From: Macrostomum lignano
Lineage: Eukaryota
Assembly (NCBI GenBank): GCA_002269645.1
Contig: NIVC01000793.1
Span: 124,001-188,000, forward strand
Length of the DNA: 64,000 nt
Reading direction: 5' to 3'
Part shown: positions 47,166-60,100 of the stretch, in pieces
Layout: the number at the start of each line of letters is the position of its first letter
How positions within the stretch are numbered: the stretch's first letter is position 1
Notes under the pieces: model-generated
The model's input: the letters and a program-made list of their open reading frames with translations, nothing else
The model's database searches: none
Told to the model about the DNA's origin: nothing
Made by a program: the position numbers and the translations under genes

Positions 47166-50100
47166 ATGCGTCTGCGCCACGGATCAGCCTTGGCTGTCTG
47201 CCTGCTGGCTGTCTGCATGTGTAAGACAAAGATTTTATTAACTAACATGTACCTGTACTCAGTTACACGCTTTTGCATAGTATCCACCTCAGTTGTGATA
47301 AGCCAGACAGTTACAAACGACTTCCCAGAGTATCATCAAGCAAATTCTATTGTCTTTAAGGACTTAAAGGGGATATCAACTTCCATGTCAGCAATTGATA
47401 AATTGCCGGACCAGTCGACTATAACCGCCGGGACGTTCTATCCAAGTCTCTTTCTTGTGCTCCGACGGCTTCTATAATCGACTGTGTCCGGAAATCTGTC
47501 GATTGCAGTCGATTCTGTCCTGAGCTTTGCTTCGGCCTCCGTTCCGACGCTTGAGTTAACACCCCCTTTGCTTCAGAAGGCAGAGCAGGTTAGCGGTAAA
47601 AACACGTCTGCATCTCGAGCTACGATCCCTGATTCGGATCAGACAGCGCCCACATTAGGTTGGCTTGTGCACAAAAATTGGCCAAACGGGGCCGTTGTCG
47701 TGCGATTCAAACCCATGATGGCCACCCCCCAAAGGCCCACAGAGAGTGTACATGCCTAACGATTAGAAAGTCAAGCCCTCCTGCAATTATCAATTATTAT
47801 TATTATTATTTCTCTTTGTTCTCGAATCATTTTCCTACCTAGCTTTGCTAGAATTTTCTACAACATCAAACTGAATATAATCCTTTTTTGGTTCCAGTTA
47901 CAGTCGTTAACGGACAGTCGTGCGACTCCAATCCGTGCCTGAATTTCACCATCTGCAACGGCTACATAGAGACTGAGTGCACCAACGCCAACAACCGGCA
48001 GTACCGCGGCTACTGTTACTTCAACCGATTCTGCACCAGCTGTGAGCTTTAATTCTATTACTTTGTCAAGAAATCGGTCCATTTCGCAATGCTTAATACT
48101 CCTCAAGTATTAAGTTATAAACTTTTAAATTACGAGTGAAACTCCTCCTTCGGAGAAGAGAGGGGAAGAACTTCTATCACCGGAATTCCATTCCCTGAAA
48201 TCCATCAGTTGAAACTCCATGACTTGAATCCCATCTTCCAAATCATCTCCAAATCCTCTGTAAAGCCTTTTTGCTCTCCTCTTTGCCCTTTCATTTCTAC
48301 AGTGTAGTCTCTTTCCTCTCGTACTCCTCAAGTATTAAGTTATAAACTTTTAAATTATTATAACGGATGTACCTCTTTACGTGAATTTTTTTAGAGGAAG
48401 TGGAGTTAATTTGAAACGATTGTTGGATTCATTGTTTTTTTCAGATGCGGAAGTGGGAGGCGATCTTACCATCACCATCGAAGGAGCTTCACCTGCTGTG
48501 GTGAGCAAAATCCTTATGTATTCTTGATTTCTTTGTAACTCATTTGCATATAGCTCGTAGCAAGCTTTATTCTTCTGAGGAACCAGAAGAATTTACAACA
48601 TTTTAAACTACGAGTATACTGGTATTTTTTTACTCGGCCTCAGATTCATCGGTACTACTCTGAAATCAAGAGATCGGTCATGGATGCGTACAACAGCTAC
48701 TGCCGAACCGGGGACAACTATAAACGCTGCTGTCCCGGTGCCATTCGCTGGTAAATAATTTACTGAAATGCTTCAATGATTGGGTCGCTACTAAACTAGT
48801 CGATCAAAATGGTTTGATTTTCAGGCCCAACCAACAATCTGAAGCTAATAGCAAGTTTGCGATGGAGGCTCCGGAGACAGAGGTCAACATCCCGGCTTCC
48901 AAGGGGGCCGAACGATCCACCATAATCATAATTAGACTGGTGCCGAGACAGAGCAGCACGCTGTGTAATTCAGTCGAGTATCCGGCCACGTCTACCGTTG
49001 CGGGACAAACCTCGCTATCTAGTAGCCAGTCGTCTGGAGCTTCGATGACTTCTGCAAGCCCGACACCTTCTGGAGCTTCGATGACTTCTGCAAGCCCGAC
49101 ACCCTCTGGAGCTTCGATGACTTCTGCAAGCCCGACAACCCCTGGAGCTTCGATGACTTCTGCAAGCCCGACTACCTCTGGAGCTTCGATGACTTCTGCA
49201 AGCCCGACAACCTCTGGAGCTTCGATGACTTCTGCAAGCCCGACTACCTCTGGAGCTTCGATGACTTCTGCAAGCCCGACACCCTCTGGAGCTTCGATGA
49301 CTTCTGCAAGCCCGACACCCTCTGGAGCTTCGATGACTTCTGCAAGCCCGACTACCTCTGGAGCTTCGATGACTTCTGCAAGCCCGACAACCTCTGGAGC
49401 TTCGATGACTTCTGCAAGCCCGACACCCTCTGGAGCTTCGATGACTTCTGCAAGCCCGACTACCTCTGGAGCTTCGATGACTTCTGCAAGCCCGACAACC
49501 TCTGGAGCTTCGATGACTTCTGCAAGCCTGACAACCTCTGGAGCTTCGATTACTTCTGCAAGCCCGACACCCTCTGGAGCTTCGATGACTTCTGCAAGCC
49601 CGACTACCTCTGGAGCTTCGATGACTTCTGCAAGCCCGACAACCTCTGGAGCTTTGATTACTTCTGCAAGCCCGACACCCTCTGGAGCTTCGATGACTTC
49701 TGCAAGCCCGACACCCTCTGGAGCTTCGATGACTTCTGCAAGCCCGACAACCTCTGGAGCTTCGATGACTTCTGCAAGCCCGACTACCTCTGGAGCTTCG
49801 ATGACTTCTGCAAGCCCGACTACCTCTGGAGCTTCGATGACTTCTGCAAGCCTGACAACCTCTGGAGCTTCGATGACTTCTGAAAGCCCGGCTCCGTCGG
49901 GAAGCCCGGCTCCGTCGGGAAGCCCGCCTCCGTCGGGAAGCCCGGCTCCGTCGGGAAGCCCAGCTCCGTCGGGAAGCCTGGCTCCGTCGGGAAGCCCGCC
50001 TCCGTCGGGAAGCCCGCCTCCGTCGGGAAGCCCTCCTCCGTCGGGAAGCCCTCCTCCGTCGGGAAGCCCGCCTTCGTCGGGAAGCCCGCCTCCGTCGGGA

Positions 50101-50915
50101 AGCCCGCCTCCGTCGGGAAGCCCGCCTCCGTCGGGAAGCCCGCCTCCGTCGGGAAGCCCGCCTCCGTCGGGAAGCCCGCCTCCGTCGGGAAGCCCGCCTC
50201 CGTCGGGAAGCCCGCCTCCGTCGGGAAGCCCGCCTCCGTCGGGAAGCCCGCCTCCGTCGGGAAGCCCGCCTCCGTCGGGAAGCCCGCCTCCGTCGGGAAG
50301 CCCGCCTCCGTCGGGAAGCCCGCCTCCGTCGGGAAGCCCGCCTCCGTCGGGAAGCCCGCCTCCGTCGGGAAGCCCGCCTCCGTCGGGAAGCCCGCCTCCG
50401 TCGGGAAGCCCGCCTCCGTCGGGAAGCCCGCCTCCGTCGGGAAGCCCGCCTCCGTCGGGAAGCCCACCTCCATCGGAAAGCCCGCCTCCACCGACTAGTT
50501 CTAGCAGCAGGCGCAGAAGACGCGAAGTGGATGATCTAGACAGCCTCACCAATGAGAATGAGAACGAGTTCGATCTTTTGGAGCGTTCCAGGCGCTCCGT
50601 CGGTTCGATCATCGTCCTACCGGCCGACACGGTTAATGTTATCGCGACATCCGTTAGCTTAAATACGTAAGTCGCAGAAATTTGAGCCTACAGGCAGCAA
50701 CCAAGAAATAATAAACTTTTATGGTAATAAACACTTTCAGCGTCATTCAACGGACTCTTAGCGCCAACAACGTGTCTGTGACTGTGACTGTGACTACGTT
50801 TGGCGCCTCAAGTCCAGGTTCCAGGCCCCAGTGCAGCTTCACCTTGATCGGCCTCGCGACCGCTCTTTTTTTCGCCGTCATGTCTATCTCGGCGGACAAA
50901 TTTCAACGCGTGTGA
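47166..50915 (+). CDS. Secreted, probably GPI-anchored mucin-like protein; exons 47166-47220, 47281-~47658 (internal structure unresolved), 47898-48041, 48445-48500, 48644-48750, 48825-50666, 50741-50915
   Basis: Signal-peptide-like MRLRHGSALAVCLLAVC, Cys-rich exon (SCDSNPCLN), AYNSYC...CC exon, S/T/P repeats, RRRRR and RSRR sites, and a hydrophobic C-terminus. The GT-AG splice phases of the downstream exons are all compatible. Confidence 0.7.
49033..50490 (+). repeat. Coding tandem repeats: 36-bp (GASMTSASPT[P/T]S, ~23x) then 18-bp (SGSPPP, ~34x)
   Basis: In frame within the spliced mucin-like exon; flanked by unique coding sequence on both sides. Confidence 0.9.
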
Positions 50916-53900
50916 GCCTCTCAAGTCAGAGTTTTCACGTCTGGAGATCGAAAGCCTTGCAAAGATTTTTAAAATCGAAATAATTTGCGGAATCTTCTGA
51001 AACGGCATACACTGAGAGCCCGGTTTGCTTTTATAGAGTTCAAATAGAGTTCCAACCAATTATTTTGACCAACCGTGCGCTAGCATAGTAAAAAAATGGG
51101 TTCCTAGTCTCTCGATCGTGCCTTACACTCGTATTAAAGCAAAAACTATTATATACAAGTCTTTTCTTGCTAAATCGTATCTATTAAAATTGATATTTTT
51201 ATTAGAATCTGCATCCTGAGTTTTATAGGTTCACGTACAGTACAAATTGTTGAGCTGAATTTAATAATTTTTCAATCGGATTCGAATTCGAATCATGATA
51301 TTTTGTATCAACGCGCTGCGCTCTAATAAAATATTTGCTTATATCAGAGCTTATCTCGCTTACTTAAACTATCTCGTCTATCTGCGCCCTATCTCACTTG
51401 AGTCCTGAAACCGGATCTAGATCGCATATCTTTTAATCGAGATAATTAAGTGGTTTTTTTGGAAATTGAGTTCTATGAAAACCGTTTTAAGCAGATAGGG
51501 ACTTGATCAGAATGAATAATTCTATCCTGACTATCCATCTTATTTAGCAGATAAATACTATATAGGGGGCATAACTCTTACCTATGTCTATAAAAGAGTG
51601 AGAAGTGCTTCTCACATGCCTTATTTTTCAGTTAAACAATAATAGGCCCCCTAATCAATTCACTTCACTTGCAAGCAGTACCTTAATAGGCTTACTATAT
51701 ACTTCTTTATAATTATATTATAAAATACTACATGTTTAAATTAGGCCTACCAATTAACTGATTGCACTTTTTCATTCTGTGACCCATGTAGGAAAGGAAA
51801 CATCTCTTTTGGTTCCATCACCATGAATATGAATCTGAATTTGAATTTTTATACAACTGGACACTGAATCTTTAAAAAGTCATTATTTTTATTTTAATAG
51901 GCCTAATTTTTATCTTGAGCTGTCATTTAAAGTATGCTCATATTAAGCCAGCATAATACTCTAACTCTACTCTGTCCATTTTTGAAACTATTTTAATTAT
52001 TCCCAAGGTTTGATAAACTAAAGTAGGCCTAGGCCTAAATATCTTAATAATTCTATTTTCTTTAAACTTTCAGTTTCTATCCCATGCAATTGAATATAAT
52101 AATAAAATATATTTATTCTAATTTGATATTTATTCAAAAACAAACTAAGGCTATTCAATAGTTTGCAACACTAATTTGCAATATAAGTGTACTATTTCTT
52201 TCAAGTCTATGAAGTGATACAATTAAAATTTCTTAAAAAGGACTAGGCCTTTTAGCCACACTCTGGATCATGTAGTATATGCCCAAAAATTCAGGCGTGC
52301 ATTGGCCTTGCATGCCAAAAGTAGGCATGCACAGTTGGTATGCATCACTCCTAAGAAAATACACCTGGCGTTGTGGCGTGCACTTTATATGAATCATGCA
52401 AAATAGTTATTGTAAAATTGAAAAAAGGTGAAAAAGTTCATTTTAAGCTTAAGTTTCCCACTCTCTAGGTTTTTAAGCTTGTAAAAAAGCATTTAAACTA
52501 ATTTTTATGCATATCAATTTTTCCACTATAAATAGTGTTGCCAAAAAGCAGAAAAATCAACTAAATTATGTCAAAAAAGTCTATTATGCAATGTAGGCCT
52601 AGTATAAAGACCTTATAAAATAGGTGTAAAATTTTGTCAACTTGTCTGGAATTATTTATTAAATCCCACTATTATTACCAATTAAAATAGGTTTAAAGTT
52701 AATTAAATTTACAGTGTTAAATATTAACCCTAACTCTAATGTTGCTACTAACAAGTAGTATATTGCAGATATAAAATCTAGCACTAAGCCAAAATGGGCT
52801 TCTTTTTATGCACCCTATAATTTCCTTGGGCTCTGTTTCATTAGACTCCTATATTCCACTGGGCTCTTTGTCTCTCTAGCTCTTTGTTTGACTGTAGACT
52901 ATGAATTACTTGGACTTTTAACCAATAATAACTCAGTATCTGGCGTAACTTAAACGGACTCAATGTCTGCAAACTCTTAACAGGCAAAGTGACTAGTCAC
53001 TCTATTTCTATTGACACTAGTCCCAAGTAACTTATACTTATAGACAATGGTAGCTGCAATAATAGGGCCTAAGGCTATACTGCTTATACTGTACTAGCCG
53101 AAGAATGTTACTCTAAGATGGTCTGATAAAGTAATACCAATGATTTCTTGATAAATTACATTCCCTAGTAAATCAATAGTTAATACCAATGTTAGATAAG
53201 TCACAAAAGGTAGTTCGCTACTACCAATCAAAGCTATGATTAAGATTAAATTGACTGAGACAAGCCATTCCTCAAAGAAGATTTTTAAAAACTTAACAGC
53301 GAAAATTGGCTTTAAACTAATAATATATTAACAAATGTAATTATTGAACAATAAATTAGCTAGTGCACCAACACCATCAGTAAATTAATAATAAAAACTT
53401 AACACTAATAATTAACAAAAACACATAAATATATAAGCTTGGCCTTCTGTGTCCTTACTAAACATAGTTTGTTAGAGCTAATAAGGTTAGGTCTAGTCTG
53501 ACTGTTCTCAATATGCATGAATTCCAATACAACTAAGATCCATGTTGAGTATCAGTCACTAACTAATTAACTAAGTTACTAGGCACTATAGCATACATGT
53601 CCAACCTCAAAATTTCACCTATCCAGTGCAACTTAGTTTCTCCCAATTGCAACTTAGTTTCTCCCAATTGTGACTTAGTTCCTCTTGATTGCAACTTAGT
53701 TTCCAATTGTGACTTAATCTTCACTTTGTATATGACTTTTCTTGCCTTTTTCTCTTTTCTTCTCTTTCTGTTTCTGTTTCCTCTTTCCCTTCTCTCTTTT
53801 CCTTCCTTTCTTTTCCTTTTCTCTTCTTCTCCTTTCTTTCTTCCCCCAATTTTTCCTTTTTTGTGTTTTCAATTTTGCAACTTACCTTGGCTAAGGGACA

Positions 53901-54486
53901 TTTCACCTGTCCAGTTTTGGATTGTTCAGACAGGTGTTGGGCATGTATGCACTACAGGCTGGGCCTACATAAGCCAATGTTAACTAGACTGGAGGCACAC
54001 ACACAATCCAGGCAAAAGAGAGGCAATTCACAGGGCTGTCTCGTGAGTGCAGAAATTTGAACTGGTGCGCATAGTATTTATACTCGCAATGCTAGTGTAT
54101 TATAACAAATAATAGTCACTTTGTTGCAAAGATATGGTATGCTATTTGTTGATACATGTGCATGAACTTCCAGTGAATTCCTTTTGCATATAAGTAATTC
54201 CTATTGTTTCATTAGTAATTTAATGATTAATGCACAATCCAAGATCACCAAGGAGCCCTACCACACTTGTATATGTGTAGTGCTAGCATGTATATATGTG
54301 TAAGGGCCCAATACCTCAATTTCTAACTGAGAATTCAAAGAGTTAGCCTAATTTCACCAGAAAAATAATTTGCAATATTGGAATAGGGCCTACTATAAGA
54401 TTAAACAATTTTTATTTGGACTTCCAAAAAGTATATAGGCTCTAAAAATCTGAAAAATGCCTTTAAGAAAATGAGAAAAATAGAAG

Positions 54487-55244
54487 TGTTGTAGGGTTAT
54501 TTCCTGTTGACTGAAATCCTACCACTTACCTATCAATTTGTCATAGGAGGAGGGGTCGGGGGTTATTGGGAATTTTCGGGGTTTTCTTAGAATTCGGGGC
54601 GAACTGCGCAATTTATACTACTAATAAGAGTAAGCCGTAGGTTGCTCCTGGTGGCGTGGTGTGTCCAAGCGGCAAGACAGTTTTTTACTCAGTCTGGCTA
54701 TTTTGGTGCGGGAGGGGGGTGATTAAGGGCTTTGCGGTGGACTTGAGTTGCCTGAGGAAATTAGTGCACTGGGGAACTCTAATATTCAGCAGGGAATGCC
54801 TGGCATCAGGGGGTATCCAGATGGGGAATTAAGAAGGCAATTTGCCTAATCTAGGAATGAAGGGAGGCTAGAATTTTAGCCTTAGTAAGGAGGCAATATG
54901 CCTGATGTGGGAAGTAGATAGATAACTTAGGCAATAGGCCTAGTGGGATAAGGAGGCAGTATGCCTGATGTGGGAGTTAAAGCCAAGGCAAACAGGGAGC
55001 CTGGTTGGGGAGTTGGCTGATCGCTGGATCAAACTGAGGGGTCTGGGAGTAGGGAGAGGCTGTACGCCTATTCAACTTGGGATAAAGGGGGGGGTTGTAA
55101 TTCCCCAGAAAGGGAAGGGGTTGTACGCTCTCTCGAGAGGAGTATAGGGGTAGAGGGGTGAATGTTTGCCTTTAAAGAACCGAGTCTGACTCAATAGCTA
55201 TTTTTAGAACAAGGTGGCACTAAGGCCTATAGCTAGAAGGTGGT
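54487..55244 (-). repeat. 3' LTR (portion alignable to the 5' LTR; true length unknown)
   Basis: About 95% identical by eye to 63240-64000. Confidence 0.9.
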
Positions 55245-57179
55245 AAGTCAGATCGCCAGGACGCAGGCAAGTTGCTCCTCTATCCATATATTTAGCTTCT
55301 TTATATAGCAAAAATAATAAAAATGGCAGACAATTATAAACAAATTATGTCTCGAAATGGTTAGAAGATTGTAAGTTAGCAAAATAGGAACTTATTAGCG
55401 CAAATATATATATATATTCAGCATCATACTATTATTATAACTATTTTTAAGAATATTTCAAACGTTAAAAACGAGCTATAGAAGGAATAGGCAGAATATA
55501 TAAACTTTATTGAGGCACACAGAACATACTAAACAAATCAACTGTCTCAATTGGCCTTCCTGGCTTGAAAAATTGAATAATAGTGAAAGTTTTTAACATA
55601 GAACAATAGAAAATAGAGTAATGATAGAGTAGCATGTATATTTACAAGAGAAAATTATTGGAAGCGGATAAAACGTTATAAATGTCTGTCATTCATCAAT
55701 CTTACATCATATTAAACTCGCTCGGAAACCAGTTCTGGTGCGGCCAGCCGCACTCACGGCCGAGCCATTGGATCTCGAATCGTAGACTTTGGTTATTGAA
55801 GCAGCGCGGACCTCGGTGGAGGTCCATCAGCGCGTAATAAACGGCGCACTTCCAGGCGGCGACAGCATGTACTGGCTGCAATTGGTGCAAATTGAGCAAC
55901 ACTGGTCGCAGCGTTTCGCGCTGCGGAAACTCTCGACCATCTCTGAATCTGCCGGCGTGGATCAAGTACAGCTTGATTGCTTAGGTGGAAGTCTCCACGC
56001 TGGGCTTCGGGCAGACTCTCCATTGCCTGGGTGAAATTTCCGCCGATCTCTTGCAGCGGTTGGCCAGTTCGAATAAATCCGGCCATCAGAGGCGGCACGC
56101 CGGAGTCAAGCGGTTCCATCTTAATTGACGGAACTGGGCGAGAGCAAGGCTGGCTCATCGGTCTGACTCCATACGTTGGCGGCGGGGTGACCAGGGGGCG
56201 CTTTTCAGGCTGCTGTTTCGGCAGCGATCGGGAGCGGGACTTCTTTGGCGAGGATCGGGACTTCTTCGGCGGAGATTGGGACTTATTTGGCGGAGATCGG
56301 GAATGGGGCTTTTTCTGTTTCGGCGACGGGCGGGGACCAAGCCTCTTGTGGACTGTTTGTCATGGCGCCTCACTAGTTGACAGCACTATGGCTGACCTGG
56401 CATCGGGGGGGCTGGCACTGTATAGCAGCCGGAGAAATCTTGATGGGTGCGTCAGCATGGCAGCAAAGTAATTTGATACGTTCTTCTGGCAGACTGTCCA
56501 TGGTGGACAACAGCTGGCGGGCATCTGCAGCAGGCAAGCGATTCTCTGTGGTCGAGCAGGCGTCAGAGGTGGACGGTGGCGGACGGGTCACGACAGAAGC
56601 AATTCTTTGCTTCGGGCCTGGCTTATTCGGCCTGGTGGCTTGGCGGTTGGGGATCGATAGACTATTGTCAGACTCGTTGTCGAACTCGTCGGCATCAGAG
56701 TCACTGAGGCGCAAATCATCTTCTAATTGTTTAAGGCTTTCCTCGGAGTGCATTAGTACGGGGTAGTAAATATCTTTCTGATAGTTTAGGATTTTAAATG
56801 TCGGGCTTGACAGTATTAATTGCGGGGGTCTCTAGAAGTGGGAATTCGGAGAGCGGGAGGCTTGGGATCTGGTTGCACAATGGCTTAAAAATGCTTATAT
56901 TTACTGACTCTTGTTCACAGACAAAGGGGATCCCTTGATTTTCGTAACCCACCTCATTTTCTACGTTCTTTGGGCTCCAGTTTCTTTGTCAATCAATATT
57001 TTAAAGGGTTCTTTGTGCATAGCAGGGGTCTAGTCGAGGGCTTTCTTTGTCTAAAATTTGGGGTCTGTTGGACGAATGGGGATGGCGAGGGAGGGGTAGG
57101 AAGGTGTAGATGGGCTAAAACTCTAGGTTGCGCAAGAGGTTTAATGCTAATAGTAGTCTGTCTAGATGGCAGTTGCAAC

Positions 57180-60100
57180 ACTAATTATTTTGGGGTAGGG
57201 GCCTTAAATTGTAGGGGTGACGGCGAGGGGGTTTGGGATCTCGCGGGGCAGGAGAGGGGGGTTGGGGCTCAGGGATTTCTTCGCTCGGGGCCTCACTCTC
57301 TGACTCATTGGTTGTTTCATTTTCTTCCTCTGTCTAGGCTTCATTGTCTTCTTCTGACTGAGCTTCATTGTCTTCTCCTACCTCTTCGTTCTCTGCTTCT
57401 CTAATTTGGCATTGCCAATTAATTCCTTCTTCATCGGATGATTCTTCAGGTTCAACAGAGTTTAATTCTGGGGATTTCCGGCGGGGGTGGCCTTCCTTAA
57501 TTGCAGGTTGTCTCTTAGATTTAGTTAAGGCGGGAATTGGAGCGGGAGTGGGAATGGGAACAGGGGCGGAATTAGGGGCGGAATCAGGGGCGGGGGCTGC
57601 AATATGGGCATCTCGCTGGCCTTCCTTAATGGTTTGTTCTGCGGTTGAATTCGGAACTGGAGTTAAATTATCTCGATGCACAAGCATTTCTCTTCCTACT
57701 AATTCTCCTTCTTCTTCCTTCTGGACTTTGAAAACTACATCAGACAATTGTGCTAGAACTCTAAAAGTGGATCTCTTCTTTCTATGGAACTTGTGGGATT
57801 CTTCGGTGTCCAATTGGGGATCGTTAATTAAAACAAGGCAACCTATGGGGACTCTCGGGGGGAGCTTATTGGTTTCTGTGGCGGTCTTTCTCTTATCAAC
57901 TATCTTTTCCATTTTCTTCTTGACTACTTTGTGCACTTCTTCTAGTCTTTCAGCATGTTTAGTAATGTAGGCAGGATAGTCAGCATGTTCAGCTGCATTT
58001 CTAATTTGGGTATCTAAGGGTAGAGTAGCTTCTCTGCCGAAAAATAGAAAATGTGGGGAGTATCCTGTTGTTACATTGGGGCTGGTGCAAATGGCTACTA
58101 AGGCTGCGGGAATTATCACCGTGATCTTTATTGATCAAGCAGGTGATAATTGATTTGACTTGCTTATTAAAGCATTCCACTAATTTGTTAGATTGGGCAT
58201 GGTATGGGGTAGTAAAGGTGTGGCGAATATTATAAAGTTCGCAGAAAGCTTTAAATTGTTTACTAGCAAAGGTTTTTCCATTGTCTGTGTGGATCCAGAT
58301 GGGCTGTCCATATTCTGCTACTATTCGCTTGAGTAGTATCTTGATGACTGTGTCCGATTTTTGGTTTCTAATGGGAAAAGCGAAGGGGTATCTAGTTGTG
58401 CTATCAACAACTGTTAAAACATATTTATGACCTCGTTTGCTTTCTTTTGAGATTGGGCCGATAATGTCTATATGCAGGCGGCTGAATGCTTCACCAATAG
58501 GGAACAACTGGACTGGGGCCTGGACAAAATGTCCTTTCTTGCTCTCAAGGCAGGGGGTGCACTCAGCAATTAATTGCTCAACTGAGGTACTTAATCCAGG
58601 TCGCCAAAATCTTTCTCTTATTCTCTAGAGCGTCGTATCTCTTCCTAGATGTCCTGCGAGGGGGCTGCAGTGTAAGTCAGTAAAGACTGCTTTATCTAGG
58701 GACGGGGGCAAAACTACTTTGTTCTTTCCATCTTCGGCAATTGTTAACAGATCATTATCGATTTTCATGGCTTCGAAGTGATTACTAACTTTCTCGGGCA
58801 CGTCCGGTGATTTGGGGAGTTGGCTCAGTTTCTGATTCTTGGCTTCTAATAGAGCTTTAATGATGGGGTCAGCAGCTTGGGCTTCTTGAATTTGTTCTTT
58901 CTTCAGGGGGCTGGGGAGATAATTGGTTAACAGTTTCTCGCACTTTCCTGTCTCTTCTTTTTCTGCTTCTACTTCTTGACCTGAGACATTCAGCATTGTC
59001 CTAAATTCGGGACATTCAGTCTGGGTCTCGCTTTCTGTCAGGGCTTCAGGTGACTGGGACATGGGGTTGTCCTTAGTTTCAGCAGGAGCACTCTCATCTC
59101 TCAGGGGAACAGGGGTCAACTTCTCAACTTTCTTAGGGATTGGCTCAGTTTTCTCAAAATTTTCTTCAGATGCTTCAGGGGTTTCAGGGATTGCTTCAGC
59201 AGGCTCAGGGGCTGCATCAGGGATTTCAGCAAGTTCAGGGGCTTCTTCAGGGGATACTTCAGGGGCTTCAGCTATCTCAGCTGGTCTTCGCGACAATCCG
59301 TCGGCATTGGAATGCTTTGCGCCGCTTCTGTGTTCAATGTCAAACCTGAATTCATTTAGACGCTCTATCCATCTACCTAGGATCCCGGTTGCTTCTGTCT
59401 GTCTCATGAGCCAAATTATCGCTTTATGATCAGTTCGGGCTAAGAATTTCTTGCCAATCAGATAAAATCTGAAATGCCTCATAGCGTCGACAAGGGCTAA
59501 CAATTCTTTCCAAGTAATGAGGTAACGCTTCTCTGATTCCTTCATTGCTCTACTAAAATAAGCTATTGGTCGCTCTATGCCATTACTCTGGATTTGGCCA
59601 AGGCATGCGCCAATCCTGTCGTCACTGGCATCTGTGTCGAGCACCATCTTCACATTCTCATCTTCGACATATTCGGGGTATGCTAACATTTCAGTAGACA
59701 TCAGTAGCCTCATAGCGTCGACAAGGGCTAACAATTCTTTCCAAGTAATGAGGTAACGCTTCTCTGATTCCTTCATTGCTCTACTAAAATAAGCTATTGG
59801 TCGCTCTATGCCATTACTCTGGATTTGGCCAAGGCATGCGCCAATCCTGTCGTCACTGGCATCTGTGTCGAGCACCATCTTCACATTCTCATCTTCGACA
59901 TATTCGGGGTATGCTAACATTTCAGTAGACATCATTCGTTGCTTCAGGGACTCAAAGGCTTCATCATGCACTTTGCTCCACTTAGATTGGAAATTCTGAA
60001 CTCCTTTTCGAGTCAATTGGAATAGGGGGTGAGCCACTTCGGCATAATTCATCACAAATCGGCAATAATAATTGCATAGGCCAAGAAAACTGCGTAGTTC

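Noticed and set aside
48804-50630. 608-aa antisense ORF (LPDGGG / EVIEAPE repeats)
   Set aside because: Mirror of the sense repeats; only the plus strand has consistent splice sites and signal/anchor features.
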